Below, one piece after another: positions 36,794-44,972 of a stretch of DNA of 64,000 nucleotides. The DNA comes from Candidatus Nealsonbacteria bacterium (GTDB taxonomy: Bacteria; Patescibacteriota; Minisyncoccia; Minisyncoccales; PWPS01), in contig PWHW01000002.1 in the NCBI GenBank assembly GCA_003555075.1, positions 96,210-160,209 on the forward strand, given 5' to 3'. The notes beneath the pieces are model-generated. The model had not been told where the DNA came from, searched no databases, and saw only the letters and a list, made by a program, of their open reading frames with translations. Both the position numbers and the translations under genes were made by a program. The number at the start of each line of letters is the position of its first letter. The first letter of the stretch is position 1.

Positions 36794-37913
36794 AAAATAT
36801 AGGCCGCAAAGGTTTTCGGAAGTAGTAGGGCAGGATCATATTACCTCTACGCTCCTCAATGCCATTTCACATGGGCGAATATCACACGCTTACCTTTTTT
36901 GCGGGCCGAAGGGTTCCGGGAAGACCACTGTAGCGCGCCTTCTTGCAAAAGCGGCGAATTGTGAAAACAAGAACGACCCCGAACCTTGCAATGAATGTGC
37001 TTCATGTAGAGAAATAGCGGAGAATAAGGCCATGGATATCGTGGAGATAGACGCTGCTTCTCATCGAGGCATTGATGAGATAAGAGAGTTACGAGAGGGT
37101 GTCCGTTTTTCTCCGGCAAAAAGCTCATACAAGATTTTTATTTTAGATGAAGCTCACCAGCTTACCTCGGGAGCGGCAAATGCTCTCTTGAAGATGCTTG
37201 AAGAAGCTCCTTCGCATGCTATTTTTATTTTGGCCACCACTGAACCTCAAAAAATGATTCCTACCATCATATCCCGTTGTCAGCGATTTGATTTCCGGAA
37301 AATACTTATTCCCGAAATGGTGAAGAGGCTTGAATGGATCATTAAAAACGAGGGAAATAAAGTGGAAGACGGTGTTTTACAAATGATAGCTTCCGCCGCA
37401 GGAGGTTCTCTTCGTGACGGAGAAAGTGTATTAACGCAAGTTCTTTCTTTTACTCCTGAGAAAGGAATTGTCAAAAAAGAGGACGTAAAAAGTCTCCTTG
37501 GAATTGTAGAAAGAGAGATGGTGGGTGATTTTATGGATTTTATATTAAAAGATAAGCCCATTGATGCCATCAATCTGATGGAAGATGTCTTCTCCAGGGG
37601 AACGGATGTGGAGGCATTTTACGAGAATCTGATGCATTATCTAAGGGAGATGATGGTACTAAAGATCGTAGCGAATACGAAAGAAAAAGAGGGGAGTCAT
37701 TCGTTGAAAGAAACTTTTCTTGTAAGATTGACGGAGGAAGAGATAGAAAGAATAAAGGAGCAAATAAAAGATATTGAGAGGGATGATATAAAGATGATCA
37801 TAGACTCTTTCTTTGGAGCGGGGGATAGAATAAAATACTCTCCCATACCCCAGCTTCCTCTTGAGGTTTCGGTGGCGGAAACAACGGAGACCTTGAGAAA
37901 AAAGGCCCAATAA
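36771..37913 (+). CDS. dnaX: DNA polymerase III subunit gamma/tau (short form)
   Basis: 'YRKYRPQRFSEVVGQDHI', 'CGPKGSGKTT', Zn module 'CENKNDPEPCNECASC', 'ILDEAHQLT'. Start is ATG 36771. Confidence 0.9.
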   Translation: MSNLVIYRKYRPQRFSEVVGQDHITSTLLNAISHGRISHAYLFCGPKGSGKTTVARLLAKAANCENKNDPEPCNECASCREIAENKAMDIVEIDAASHRGIDEIRELREGVRFSPAKSSYKIFILDEAHQLTSGAANALLKMLEEAPSHAIFILATTEPQKMIPTIISRCQRFDFRKILIPEMVKRLEWIIKNEGNKVEDGVLQMIASAAGGSLRDGESVLTQVLSFTPEKGIVKKEDVKSLLGIVEREMVGDFMDFILKDKPIDAINLMEDVFSRGTDVEAFYENLMHYLREMMVLKIVANTKEKEGSHSLKETFLVRLTEEEIERIKEQIKDIERDDIKMIIDSFFGAGDRIKYSPIPQLPLEVSVAETTETLRKKAQ

Positions 37914-37953
37914 GTTATAATAAGTACCGCTTTGAACCTTTTGCAAAATTTTT

Positions 37954-38027
37954 TGCCGGGTCGTCTAATGGTAGGACGACGGGTTTTGGTCCCGTTAGTC
38001 GAGGTTCGAGTCCTCGCCCGGCAGCCA
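37954..38027 (+). tRNA. tRNA-Gln (TTG), CCA encoded
   Basis: Acceptor TGCCGGG/CCCGGCA, D-arm TCGTCTAATGGTAGGACG, anticodon stem ACGGG/CCCGT with loop TTTTGGT, T-arm CGAGG-TTCGAGT-CCTCG, followed by GCCA. Confidence 0.75.
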
Positions 38028-38159
38028 CGCACCAGTCGGTGCATGGCTTCGCAAGAAGACATGGAAAGACTGGTAAGTGAGGGGTGTACCGAGAGATGAA
38101 CCGTATGGTTCGTCTCGTCTGGTACGTCCCCACTAACACTGTAGAAATTTCGTTTTGAT

Positions 38160-38417
38160 ATGAAATTTTACTATGTATATATTCTAAGGAGTCTAAAGAA
38201 AGATTTTTTATATGTTGGACTAACTGAGAACTTGAAAAGAAGGTTCAAAGAGCATGATAATCAAGAAGAACTTTCCACCAAACATTTTGCGCCTTTCGAG
38301 CTTGTTCACTATGAGGCTTATAAAAACAAGAAAGATGCAGAGAGGAGAGAGCAGTATTTGAAAACGACTAAAGGGAAAACTACTTTAAGATACATGCTCC
38401 AAAACCACCTCTCCTAA
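38160..38417 (+). CDS. GIY-YIG nuclease-family small protein
   Basis: 'FYYVYILRSLKKDFLYVGLTENLKRRFKEH' GIY-YIG motif; 85 aa. Confidence 0.75.
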   Translation: MKFYYVYILRSLKKDFLYVGLTENLKRRFKEHDNQEELSTKHFAPFELVHYEAYKNKKDAERREQYLKTTKGKTTLRYMLQNHLS

Positions 38418-38531
38418 AAAATAATACCAGTGACCGATACCCCTAAAGCCCTGAGATTTTTCTCAGGGTTTTTTTATTTTTTTTATGACTGTTTTGTTAT
38501 ATAATTTGCATCAAAAAGGAGGTGATTATGA

Positions 38532-39869
38532 GTGGATAGCAGTGTTCTTTTGAAAAAATTAAATGGGTTAATAATTAGCTGTGCTAAAAGGTTCTTTATT
38601 GATGGATTGGACTTTGAAGACATGATACAGATTGGAAGAGTGGCAGCATGGAAAGGTATAGAAGATCATGAAATCACAGAAGACAACTACAAAAAGTATT
38701 TACCTCTTTTGAAAACCTATATCGTAAATGCACTTAAGACAGAATTGAAAAGAACGAAGGCAAAAAAGAGGATAAATCTTTCAGAATCAGTAAGAATTGA
38801 TGCTCCTGTCAGTTTTGAAAATGAAAGAAAGCTTCATGAACTTATAGAAGATAAAAAAAGCAGTGAAGATTTTTTTGAAAAAGAAAGGCAACAGAAGTTT
38901 CTAATGCAGCTCAAGGATCATGCTCTCAAAGAGAGGTCTCGGAAAAGCATAAAAGCTGTTGTTTGGTTTTTAGTGCATATTCTTGATATCAGAAAAGAAG
39001 AAATACCCAGAAAAATTTCATTTGAAATTTTTTACAAATTCGGTCTTCAATATTATTTATGGGTATTCTTTAACAACTCTCCTTACAGAGCTATTAACTA
39101 TGCTTATCCTGGTCAATTCTCTCCCTATGAAATGCTGAGAGTTCCAAATGGTTATTGGGGATCTGAGGGGAAAGCAGGATGGGGTAGGCGTAGGGCCATT
39201 AAAGCATTAAAAAAAGCATTGGAAAGTACCGGATATCCTCCGGAGCCCTATCCTAAAATAGCCAGCTATAGATTTTTTGTCGAAATGCGGCTTACTGCTC
39301 CCCTAAATAAGTTTTTCGGATGGAGTCAATATGCTTATTTGGACGCAGCTTTTCCCGGGAAGTATAAACCATGGGAAATGAACTTTTCTCCCAAAGGTTT
39401 CTTTGAAAAGAGAGAGAATATTGTCTCTGCCGTCAAATGGATGGTCGAGGAAAAAATGAACATCCCAATGGAGGAGCTAACAGTTTACGAGGTTTGGGAG
39501 ATGAGGATCGATAAGAAAATCACCAAAGAAATTTTTTCTTTCTATGGATTAAGAGAGGTTCTTGCTCGGTACAACAATTCTCCCGGAAAGGTGCTAAAAG
39601 ATGTTTATCCGGAAAAATTTTTACCATGGAGCTTTCCTTGTAAAGAAAAATGGAAAGGGGAAGAAGGGAAAAGATTGGCAGCACAAGCTACAAAATGGGT
39701 GATAGAGGAGTATGCGGGAATATCTCCATTGTCTTCTGAAATCGGGTATCGTTTTTTTACAGAGAATGGGCTCCATGGAATGATAACTAGCAGAAGTCTT
39801 GGCTTTAACTCATCTCCAAAGGCAGCATTGATCAATGCATATCCACATCTTAAAAGCTCTTTTGACTAA
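38532..39869 (+). CDS. hypothetical protein: sigma-70 region-2-like N-terminus plus four internal ~75-aa repeats
   Basis: GTG start 8 nt after AAGGAGGTGA. N-terminus 'FEDMIQIGRVAAWKGIEDHE' (sigma r2.2-like). Repeats of the form [FY]G..Y......SP..A...AYP..F.PWE...P.G.W (residues ~170-250, 250-330, 330-405, 405-445). Confidence 0.55.
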   Translation: MDSSVLLKKLNGLIISCAKRFFIDGLDFEDMIQIGRVAAWKGIEDHEITEDNYKKYLPLLKTYIVNALKTELKRTKAKKRINLSESVRIDAPVSFENERKLHELIEDKKSSEDFFEKERQQKFLMQLKDHALKERSRKSIKAVVWFLVHILDIRKEEIPRKISFEIFYKFGLQYYLWVFFNNSPYRAINYAYPGQFSPYEMLRVPNGYWGSEGKAGWGRRRAIKALKKALESTGYPPEPYPKIASYRFFVEMRLTAPLNKFFGWSQYAYLDAAFPGKYKPWEMNFSPKGFFEKRENIVSAVKWMVEEKMNIPMEELTVYEVWEMRIDKKITKEIFSFYGLREVLARYNNSPGKVLKDVYPEKFLPWSFPCKEKWKGEEGKRLAAQATKWVIEEYAGISPLSSEIGYRFFTENGLHGMITSRSLGFNSSPKAALINAYPHLKSSFD

Positions 39870-39880
39870 CAAAAGAGCTT
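39840..39880 (+). terminator. rho-independent terminator
   Basis: AAAAGCTCTTTTG-ACTAA-CAAAAGAGCTTTTTT. Confidence 0.65.
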
Positions 39881-40026
39881 TTTTATAGTTGTGCCCAGTT
39901 AAAGAGAGGCACCGAAGACCGCCTTAACATATTGAAAAAATAATAAATTTATTGTATAAAAAAGTAGGTGTGTGAGGTTTTAAACCTTGTTCTTTTGAAA
40001 TTTTATAAGAAAAGGAGGTGTAAGGG

Positions 40027-40863
40027 TTGCTTTATTATGTAAGGAAATGGATTGGTCGTTTGGATATTTTCATCTGGATAGCGGTTTTGATCTTTTTCCT
40101 TTCTTTCTCTTTTGTAAAAGAAAGGGGAGATTTCATGATGACGGTGGTTGCTTCTCTTGGAGTTATACTGGTAATGCTTTTTGTGGGAATATCGATAGAA
40201 GTTATTATCGATGTTCTCCGGAATGTAAGGGGGCTTGGCACCATTCTCGGTTTTCTTACCAATGGACCTGAGACGGTAGTGTTAATAGCGGGTGTAATGG
40301 CAGGTGACGCACTGTTTGGAAGCAGTACTCCTTTGGGATCAAGTGTGATCAATCCGATAATGCTTTTTGCGGCAGCGCTTGTTACCGGAATGACGATTAA
40401 GCTATTAAAAGCGAAAAGTATCTATGGGATGCTTTGTATCATCTTTACCATTGGCGTTTCCCTGTTGTTTTACCTTCTTCCGGAAAAGAATTATCTTACG
40501 TGGGCACTTGTTGCGCTCTTTATAACCTCCTTCTTTTTTCTTGTAAGACCAAGAGAGCAAAAGAAGAGGGATGACCCTTCGGATACTCCGTTTTGGTTCA
40601 TTGTTCCGGCAACTGCTTTGCTTTTTATTGCCGGGTATTATCTTGATCCGGCGGTTGAATTTGCCAGGCAAGTTTCAGGAGTACCAAAAAATCTTATAGG
40701 ATTTTTAGTGCTTGCGACTCTTTCCAGCTTTCCGGAATTCAAAAGCTGTTTGGTTCTTTTTAGGGAGGGACAAGTAAAATCCGCCAGCATCAATATATTT
40801 GTCAGTAATATTACTAACATTTGGCTGGCGATCATAGGGGTGGTAATTTATCTCTTGATTTAA
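40027..40863 (+). CDS. CaCA-like cation antiporter membrane protein (second copy, divergent)
   Basis: Alpha-repeat-like 'GTILGFLTNGPETVVLIAGVMAGDALFGSS' and 'LATLSSFPEFKSCLVLF'; polytopic. Confidence 0.5.
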   Translation: MLYYVRKWIGRLDIFIWIAVLIFFLSFSFVKERGDFMMTVVASLGVILVMLFVGISIEVIIDVLRNVRGLGTILGFLTNGPETVVLIAGVMAGDALFGSSTPLGSSVINPIMLFAAALVTGMTIKLLKAKSIYGMLCIIFTIGVSLLFYLLPEKNYLTWALVALFITSFFFLVRPREQKKRDDPSDTPFWFIVPATALLFIAGYYLDPAVEFARQVSGVPKNLIGFLVLATLSSFPEFKSCLVLFREGQVKSASINIFVSNITNIWLAIIGVVIYLLI

Positions 40864-40971
40864 AAAAGGGGAGTGTATTGGTTATTTATACTCCCCGTTT
40901 TTATTTTAATTGTGAAAAGATCTTAAACAGGCTATTATCTATATAAACTTTAAAAACTAAAATAAAATACT

Positions 40972-41346
40972 GTGAAAAAGCAAACACCGTTATCAATAGG
41001 GGTCTTAATAATAGTTTTTCTCTCTGTAATAGCAATCGCTTCTTTTTTTTATTTTCATGATGTTAAGGATGATAATTGCAAGAAAATGAAGGAAGATTTA
41101 CGACTTTATGTAGAGAATAAGAATTTCTGCAATGATGTTTCCGAGTGTCAAATAGTGCAATTGATTGATTGTGATTTTGGGTTGGCCGGGGACGAGATAG
41201 ATCGGGATCATATTGAAGAAGTTTTTTCTGAATTCTACTCTCCCGAAGGGGAGTGCTGGACAGGGGAGATACCCGAATGCGAGGATCCCAAAAAAGGAAA
41301 GATTATAGCCTGCAAAAATAATAAATGTGTCTTTGAGGCTCAATAA
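40972..41346 (+). CDS. hypothetical secreted Cys-rich protein (124 aa)
   Basis: GTG start, N-terminal TM/signal, nine Cys in the mature part. Confidence 0.45.
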   Translation: MKKQTPLSIGVLIIVFLSVIAIASFFYFHDVKDDNCKKMKEDLRLYVENKNFCNDVSECQIVQLIDCDFGLAGDEIDRDHIEEVFSEFYSPEGECWTGEIPECEDPKKGKIIACKNNKCVFEAQ

Positions 41347-41412
41347 CTTCAGCAAGGGTAAAGGAGATCTTTTTGCATATAACGAACTCTCAGTGAACTA
41401 AAAATTTTTCAG

Positions 41413-41442
41413 TTGACAATTGAAGCAATTTTTTTGTATAAT
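41413..41442 (+). promoter_or_regulatory. sigma70-like promoter
   Basis: TTGACA-N18-TATAAT. Confidence 0.5.
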
Positions 41443-41519
41443 AAAAGTATTATAAACACGAGAACTCTCGTATATTAGGGTGTTCCTTTAAAAATTAAAG
41501 ATATTAGGAGGTGAAAGGA

Positions 41520-42845
41520 TTGAAAAGATTTTTGCTTGTAATTGGTTTGCTTTTGTTTGCAGGTGTAGCGACACATTTTTACTTCTTTCCTCCTGAGAGG
41601 GAAGTAAAAGATGAAGTTCGAGAAACAAATGAAGAGGAGCTGATCGAAGAGGAAGAAAGTGGAGGGTATGTTACTTTTTGGTTTGATGACGGACTTTTGT
41701 CTACCTATGAAGTTGCATATCCTGCTTTAGAGGAGCGTGGATGGGAGGGTGCGCTTGCAATAGTGGCAGGCAGAGAAATTGCATTAGAAAAATTTGAACC
41801 AGAAGGAGATTCAATAATGAGTTGGGATCAAGTAAGGGAATTAGAAGAAAAAGGATGGGAAATATCGAGTCATTCCATGACTCATACCAATCTCTCAGAA
41901 GTAAGGGATAATGATTCCTTGAAAAAGGAGATTATTACTTCAAAAGAAATTCTTGAAGAAAAAGATTTTGAAGTGAATTCTTTTGTCTTTCCTTACGGAG
42001 ATCCCGGAAATGAAGTGGTTTATGATCTTGTTATGGAAAACTATTCCTATTGGAGATTGACCACCTCAGGTGTAAACTCTGTACCATCGACAAAGCGTTT
42101 AGAAACTCTCTTTTTGACAGAGTGTGCTGACAGAGAAGAAATTGACAAATGGATAGAAAAAACAGAGGAAAAGAGTGGTTGGCTTATTATTGTTTTGCAC
42201 TCTATTCTTGAGGAACCGATTGGTTGGTGGCAGCAAACTCCGGAGCAATTTAATATGGTATTGGAGGCTGTAGAGGAAAGTTCTTTGGAAATTGTTTTGC
42301 CCAAAGATATATTTGAAAAATATGGCTATAAAGAAGATTGCTTGTCAAATGTAGAGATCAATGAAGTTCCCAGAACAGTAATTAGTGAAAGTGATTTTAA
42401 TGATAATCAGGTAGAAATAGTTATTCCTTCAATAAACGTGAGAACTTCTTTAAAGCTTGCTTTCTCAGAAGGGGAGGAAATTGATTTTTCGTATTTAGAT
42501 GATCATCCTGTAATGATCTCGGAGAATGAAAGTCCTTTTCTTAGTTCATTAGGAGAATACGGGACAGGATTGATTCTTTGTCATCGCAATCTCTTTTTTA
42601 GAGAACTTGATAAGCTAGAAAAAGAAGAGGAGTTTATGATCGTGAAAAATGATCGTGAGATTGTTTATGAGGTTTTTGACTCTATAGAAGTTGCTCCCGA
42701 TGATGTTTGGGAGCAAGTAAAGGAGATTCATGAAAAAGGATTAAGTGCGGAGGAGTCCAATGTCATTTTGATGACTTGCACTCCCTACGGACTCGGATGG
42801 GATAGGTTACTTGTTTTCGGAAGAACGGTTGAGAATATGAATTGA
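41520..42845 (+). CDS. fusion protein: N-terminal TM, NodB polysaccharide deacetylase domain, C-terminal sortase-like domain
   Basis: NodB motifs 'VTFWFDDGLLSTYE' and 'SHSMTHTNL'. The C-terminus has sortase-like catalytic motifs 'GLILCHRN' (His), 'NVILMTCTPYG' (L-x-TC Cys) and an Arg 10 residues later ('WDRLLVFGR'). TTG 41520 follows AGGAGGTGA; the ORF-track GTG 41511 abuts the SD. Confidence 0.55.
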   Translation: MKRFLLVIGLLLFAGVATHFYFFPPEREVKDEVRETNEEELIEEEESGGYVTFWFDDGLLSTYEVAYPALEERGWEGALAIVAGREIALEKFEPEGDSIMSWDQVRELEEKGWEISSHSMTHTNLSEVRDNDSLKKEIITSKEILEEKDFEVNSFVFPYGDPGNEVVYDLVMENYSYWRLTTSGVNSVPSTKRLETLFLTECADREEIDKWIEKTEEKSGWLIIVLHSILEEPIGWWQQTPEQFNMVLEAVEESSLEIVLPKDIFEKYGYKEDCLSNVEINEVPRTVISESDFNDNQVEIVIPSINVRTSLKLAFSEGEEIDFSYLDDHPVMISENESPFLSSLGEYGTGLILCHRNLFFRELDKLEKEEEFMIVKNDREIVYEVFDSIEVAPDDVWEQVKEIHEKGLSAEESNVILMTCTPYGLGWDRLLVFGRTVENMN

Positions 42846-42875
42846 TGAATCCACAAGGAATTCAACCAGGGGGGG

Positions 42876-43949
42876 GTGATATTGGTGGGAGTTTTTGCAA
42901 TACTTCCGGCGCACAATGAGGAGAAAAATATTGGCAATGCTGTTAAAGATCTTTTATTGCAAACAGTTAAAATTGAAAAGATAATTGTAGTGGCTGACAA
43001 TTGTAGCGATGGTACTGTTGAGGAAGTTAAAAGACTTTGCAGTGAATATGCCGATATTGAGCTCATGGAAACGAAAGGGAATCATTACCGTAAAGCAGGA
43101 GCAATAAACATGGCAATAGATGTGATAAGTGATGAAGATTGCGAGTTCTTGCTTGTTATGGACTCCGATTCCAGAGTGGCATTGGATTTGGTGGAAAGAG
43201 CAATGGAATCCTTTGAGAGTGAAGAAAACCTAGGGGGAGTTTGCTCTACTGCACATGTCATTAAACCTCAAAATCTACCTTCTTCTTGGATTAGGAACCT
43301 GGAAGCTCGGTTTATGGGAGCGTTGCAGAGACTTGAATATGCTGGGTTTGATGCCGAAAGAGTTGCGACTTGGAATAATGTAACTATTCTACATGGTTTA
43401 TGTGCAGTTTATAGATTCAAAGCGATAAAGGAAGCAGGAGGATATACTCTCGGACACCTTATAGAGGATTACGATCTTACAGTGAAATTAAAGAAGCTCG
43501 GTTGGCAAGCAAGGTTTAATCCAAAAATGGTTGCTTGGACAGAAGTGCCACTGAGTTTGAAATCTTTTTTCAAACAGCGACTAAGATGGATGAGAGGCGG
43601 GATTGATGTCTTGGTGGATCATGGAATAAACAGGATTACCATAGAGGATGCATTTCATCACTTTCTTTTCATCTGCCTTCTCTTGGCAATATCAGGGTTT
43701 ATAATTCTATCTTTTATTTATCACGGAGAGTGGAGGTTCGGGTTTAATCCTCATCCAATACCTATTCTTGTAGCGATTATTGGCTACCTTATAAGTCTTT
43801 ATAAATTACGCTACTTAAAAGATGCGAGATTTTCGGAGATAATTCTAAGGATTATAATTCTCCCGGAACTCTTAATTGCGATTGCATTAATGGGGGTTCG
43901 AACATATGCGTATTTTCTAGCATTATTCAAATGCTCTCAAGAATGGTAA
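42876..43949 (+). CDS. family 2 glycosyltransferase, processive type (QxxRW), with C-terminal TM helices
   Basis: 'LPAHNEEKNIGNAV...VVADNCSDGT', DxD 'VMDSDS', 'QRLRWMRGG', and three C-terminal TM helices. Confidence 0.75.
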   Translation: MILVGVFAILPAHNEEKNIGNAVKDLLLQTVKIEKIIVVADNCSDGTVEEVKRLCSEYADIELMETKGNHYRKAGAINMAIDVISDEDCEFLLVMDSDSRVALDLVERAMESFESEENLGGVCSTAHVIKPQNLPSSWIRNLEARFMGALQRLEYAGFDAERVATWNNVTILHGLCAVYRFKAIKEAGGYTLGHLIEDYDLTVKLKKLGWQARFNPKMVAWTEVPLSLKSFFKQRLRWMRGGIDVLVDHGINRITIEDAFHHFLFICLLLAISGFIILSFIYHGEWRFGFNPHPIPILVAIIGYLISLYKLRYLKDARFSEIILRIIILPELLIAIALMGVRTYAYFLALFKCSQEW

Positions 43950-43977
43950 TAATCTTGAAGAAAGGAGGGTTGAGAAA

Positions 43978-44136
43978 ATGCCATATGGAGAAGTTGCTTT
44001 ACCGTCTACGGGTGGATTTCTTTTGGGAGGAGCAATTGGACTCTTTTACGATTGGGCCATTGCTATTGTCGTAGTGATTTTAGTTCTTTCATTAATAGGA
44101 GTGTGGAGATTGTATAGAGGTCAAAAAACAATATAA
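43978..44136 (+). CDS. 52-aa micro-protein that is essentially a complete LPXTG sorting signal
   Basis: The ATG sits 8 nt after GAAAGGAGGG. Protein: 'MPYGEVALPSTGGFLLGGAIGLFYDWAIAIVVVILVLSLIGVWRLYRGQKTI'. It has LPSTG, then a ~27-aa hydrophobic segment, then an R/K tail. Not in the ORF track (<60 aa). Confidence 0.5.
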   Translation: MPYGEVALPSTGGFLLGGAIGLFYDWAIAIVVVILVLSLIGVWRLYRGQKTI

Positions 44137-44163
44137 CACACCCTAAAAGTTCTTTCTTAAATA

Positions 44164-44191
44164 ACACGTCTTAAATTAGACGTGTTTTTTT
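44164..44191 (+). terminator. rho-independent terminator
   Basis: ACACGTCT-TAAATT-AGACGTGT followed by TTTTTTT. Confidence 0.7.
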
Positions 44192-44212
44192 GTAAAATGG
44201 ACATTATTTCTC

Positions 44213-44240
44213 TTGACATTTTTTTCATTTGACGTAGAAT
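44213..44240 (+). promoter_or_regulatory. sigma70-like promoter
   Basis: TTGACA-N16-TAGAAT. Confidence 0.5.
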
Positions 44241-44299
44241 ATAAGGACTAGATCCTATTTTTAAAATAGGAAGTTCACTAGTAAGAAAGGAGGAGTACA

Positions 44300-44845
44300 T
44301 TGAAAAAAATTTTAGAATGGATGGTCACAGGAATTCTGATTTTAGCGATCTTTCTTTTTATTTTTATGTTCATCGGCCCTAGGTTTGGCTGGGAAACCCA
44401 CCCTGTTCTTTCCGGTTCTATGGAGCCGGCCTTGGAGGTGGGGGGAATAATTGTTACTAAGCCTGAAAAGTTGGAAAATATTCAAAAAGGGGATATTATT
44501 ACGTTCCAAACAGAAGGGCCAAAAGTAACGCACCGTATAGTGGACATAAAAGAAATTGAAGGTGAACGATGGTTTCAAACCAAAGGAGACGCTAATAAGG
44601 AACCCGATCGTGACCTTGTCTCTTCTCAAGGAGATGTGATGAGAAAGGTCTTTCTCTACCTTCCTTATTTGGGCTTTGCCGCTCAATTTATGCAAAGCAA
44701 ATGGGCTTTCATTGTTCTTGTCGGAATTCCTTCTGTTATTTTAATAGGATGGCTTGGCAAGGATGTTTGGGAAGGAATTGAAGAAGAGAGAAGGAAAAAG
44801 AGGAAAAAAGAAGAGAATGAGGAAGATCGCAAGGAAGGAGAGTGA
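44300..44845 (+). CDS. SipW-type (ER/archaeal-type) signal peptidase I
   Basis: TTG start. TM followed by 'VLSGSMEPALEVGGIIV' (catalytic Ser), 'THRIV' and 'TKGDAN'. A C-terminal TM and a K/E tail. Confidence 0.7.
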   Translation: MKKILEWMVTGILILAIFLFIFMFIGPRFGWETHPVLSGSMEPALEVGGIIVTKPEKLENIQKGDIITFQTEGPKVTHRIVDIKEIEGERWFQTKGDANKEPDRDLVSSQGDVMRKVFLYLPYLGFAAQFMQSKWAFIVLVGIPSVILIGWLGKDVWEGIEEERRKKRKKEENEEDRKEGE

Positions 44846-44972
44846 TTTCCATCTATCGTTTTTATTACTAGTGATTGCACTTTTAAAAAGAGATAAGAGG
44901 TGTTGAGCTTAAAATTACTTCTTTGGATGTTTTACAATAATATGACTCCAAAGGAGAGAAAGGAGGAGTCAA

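Noticed and set aside
37697-38139. Minus-strand ORFs (121 and 74 aa) overlapping tRNA-Gln.
   Set aside because: They overlap a confidently folded tRNA and have no coding features.
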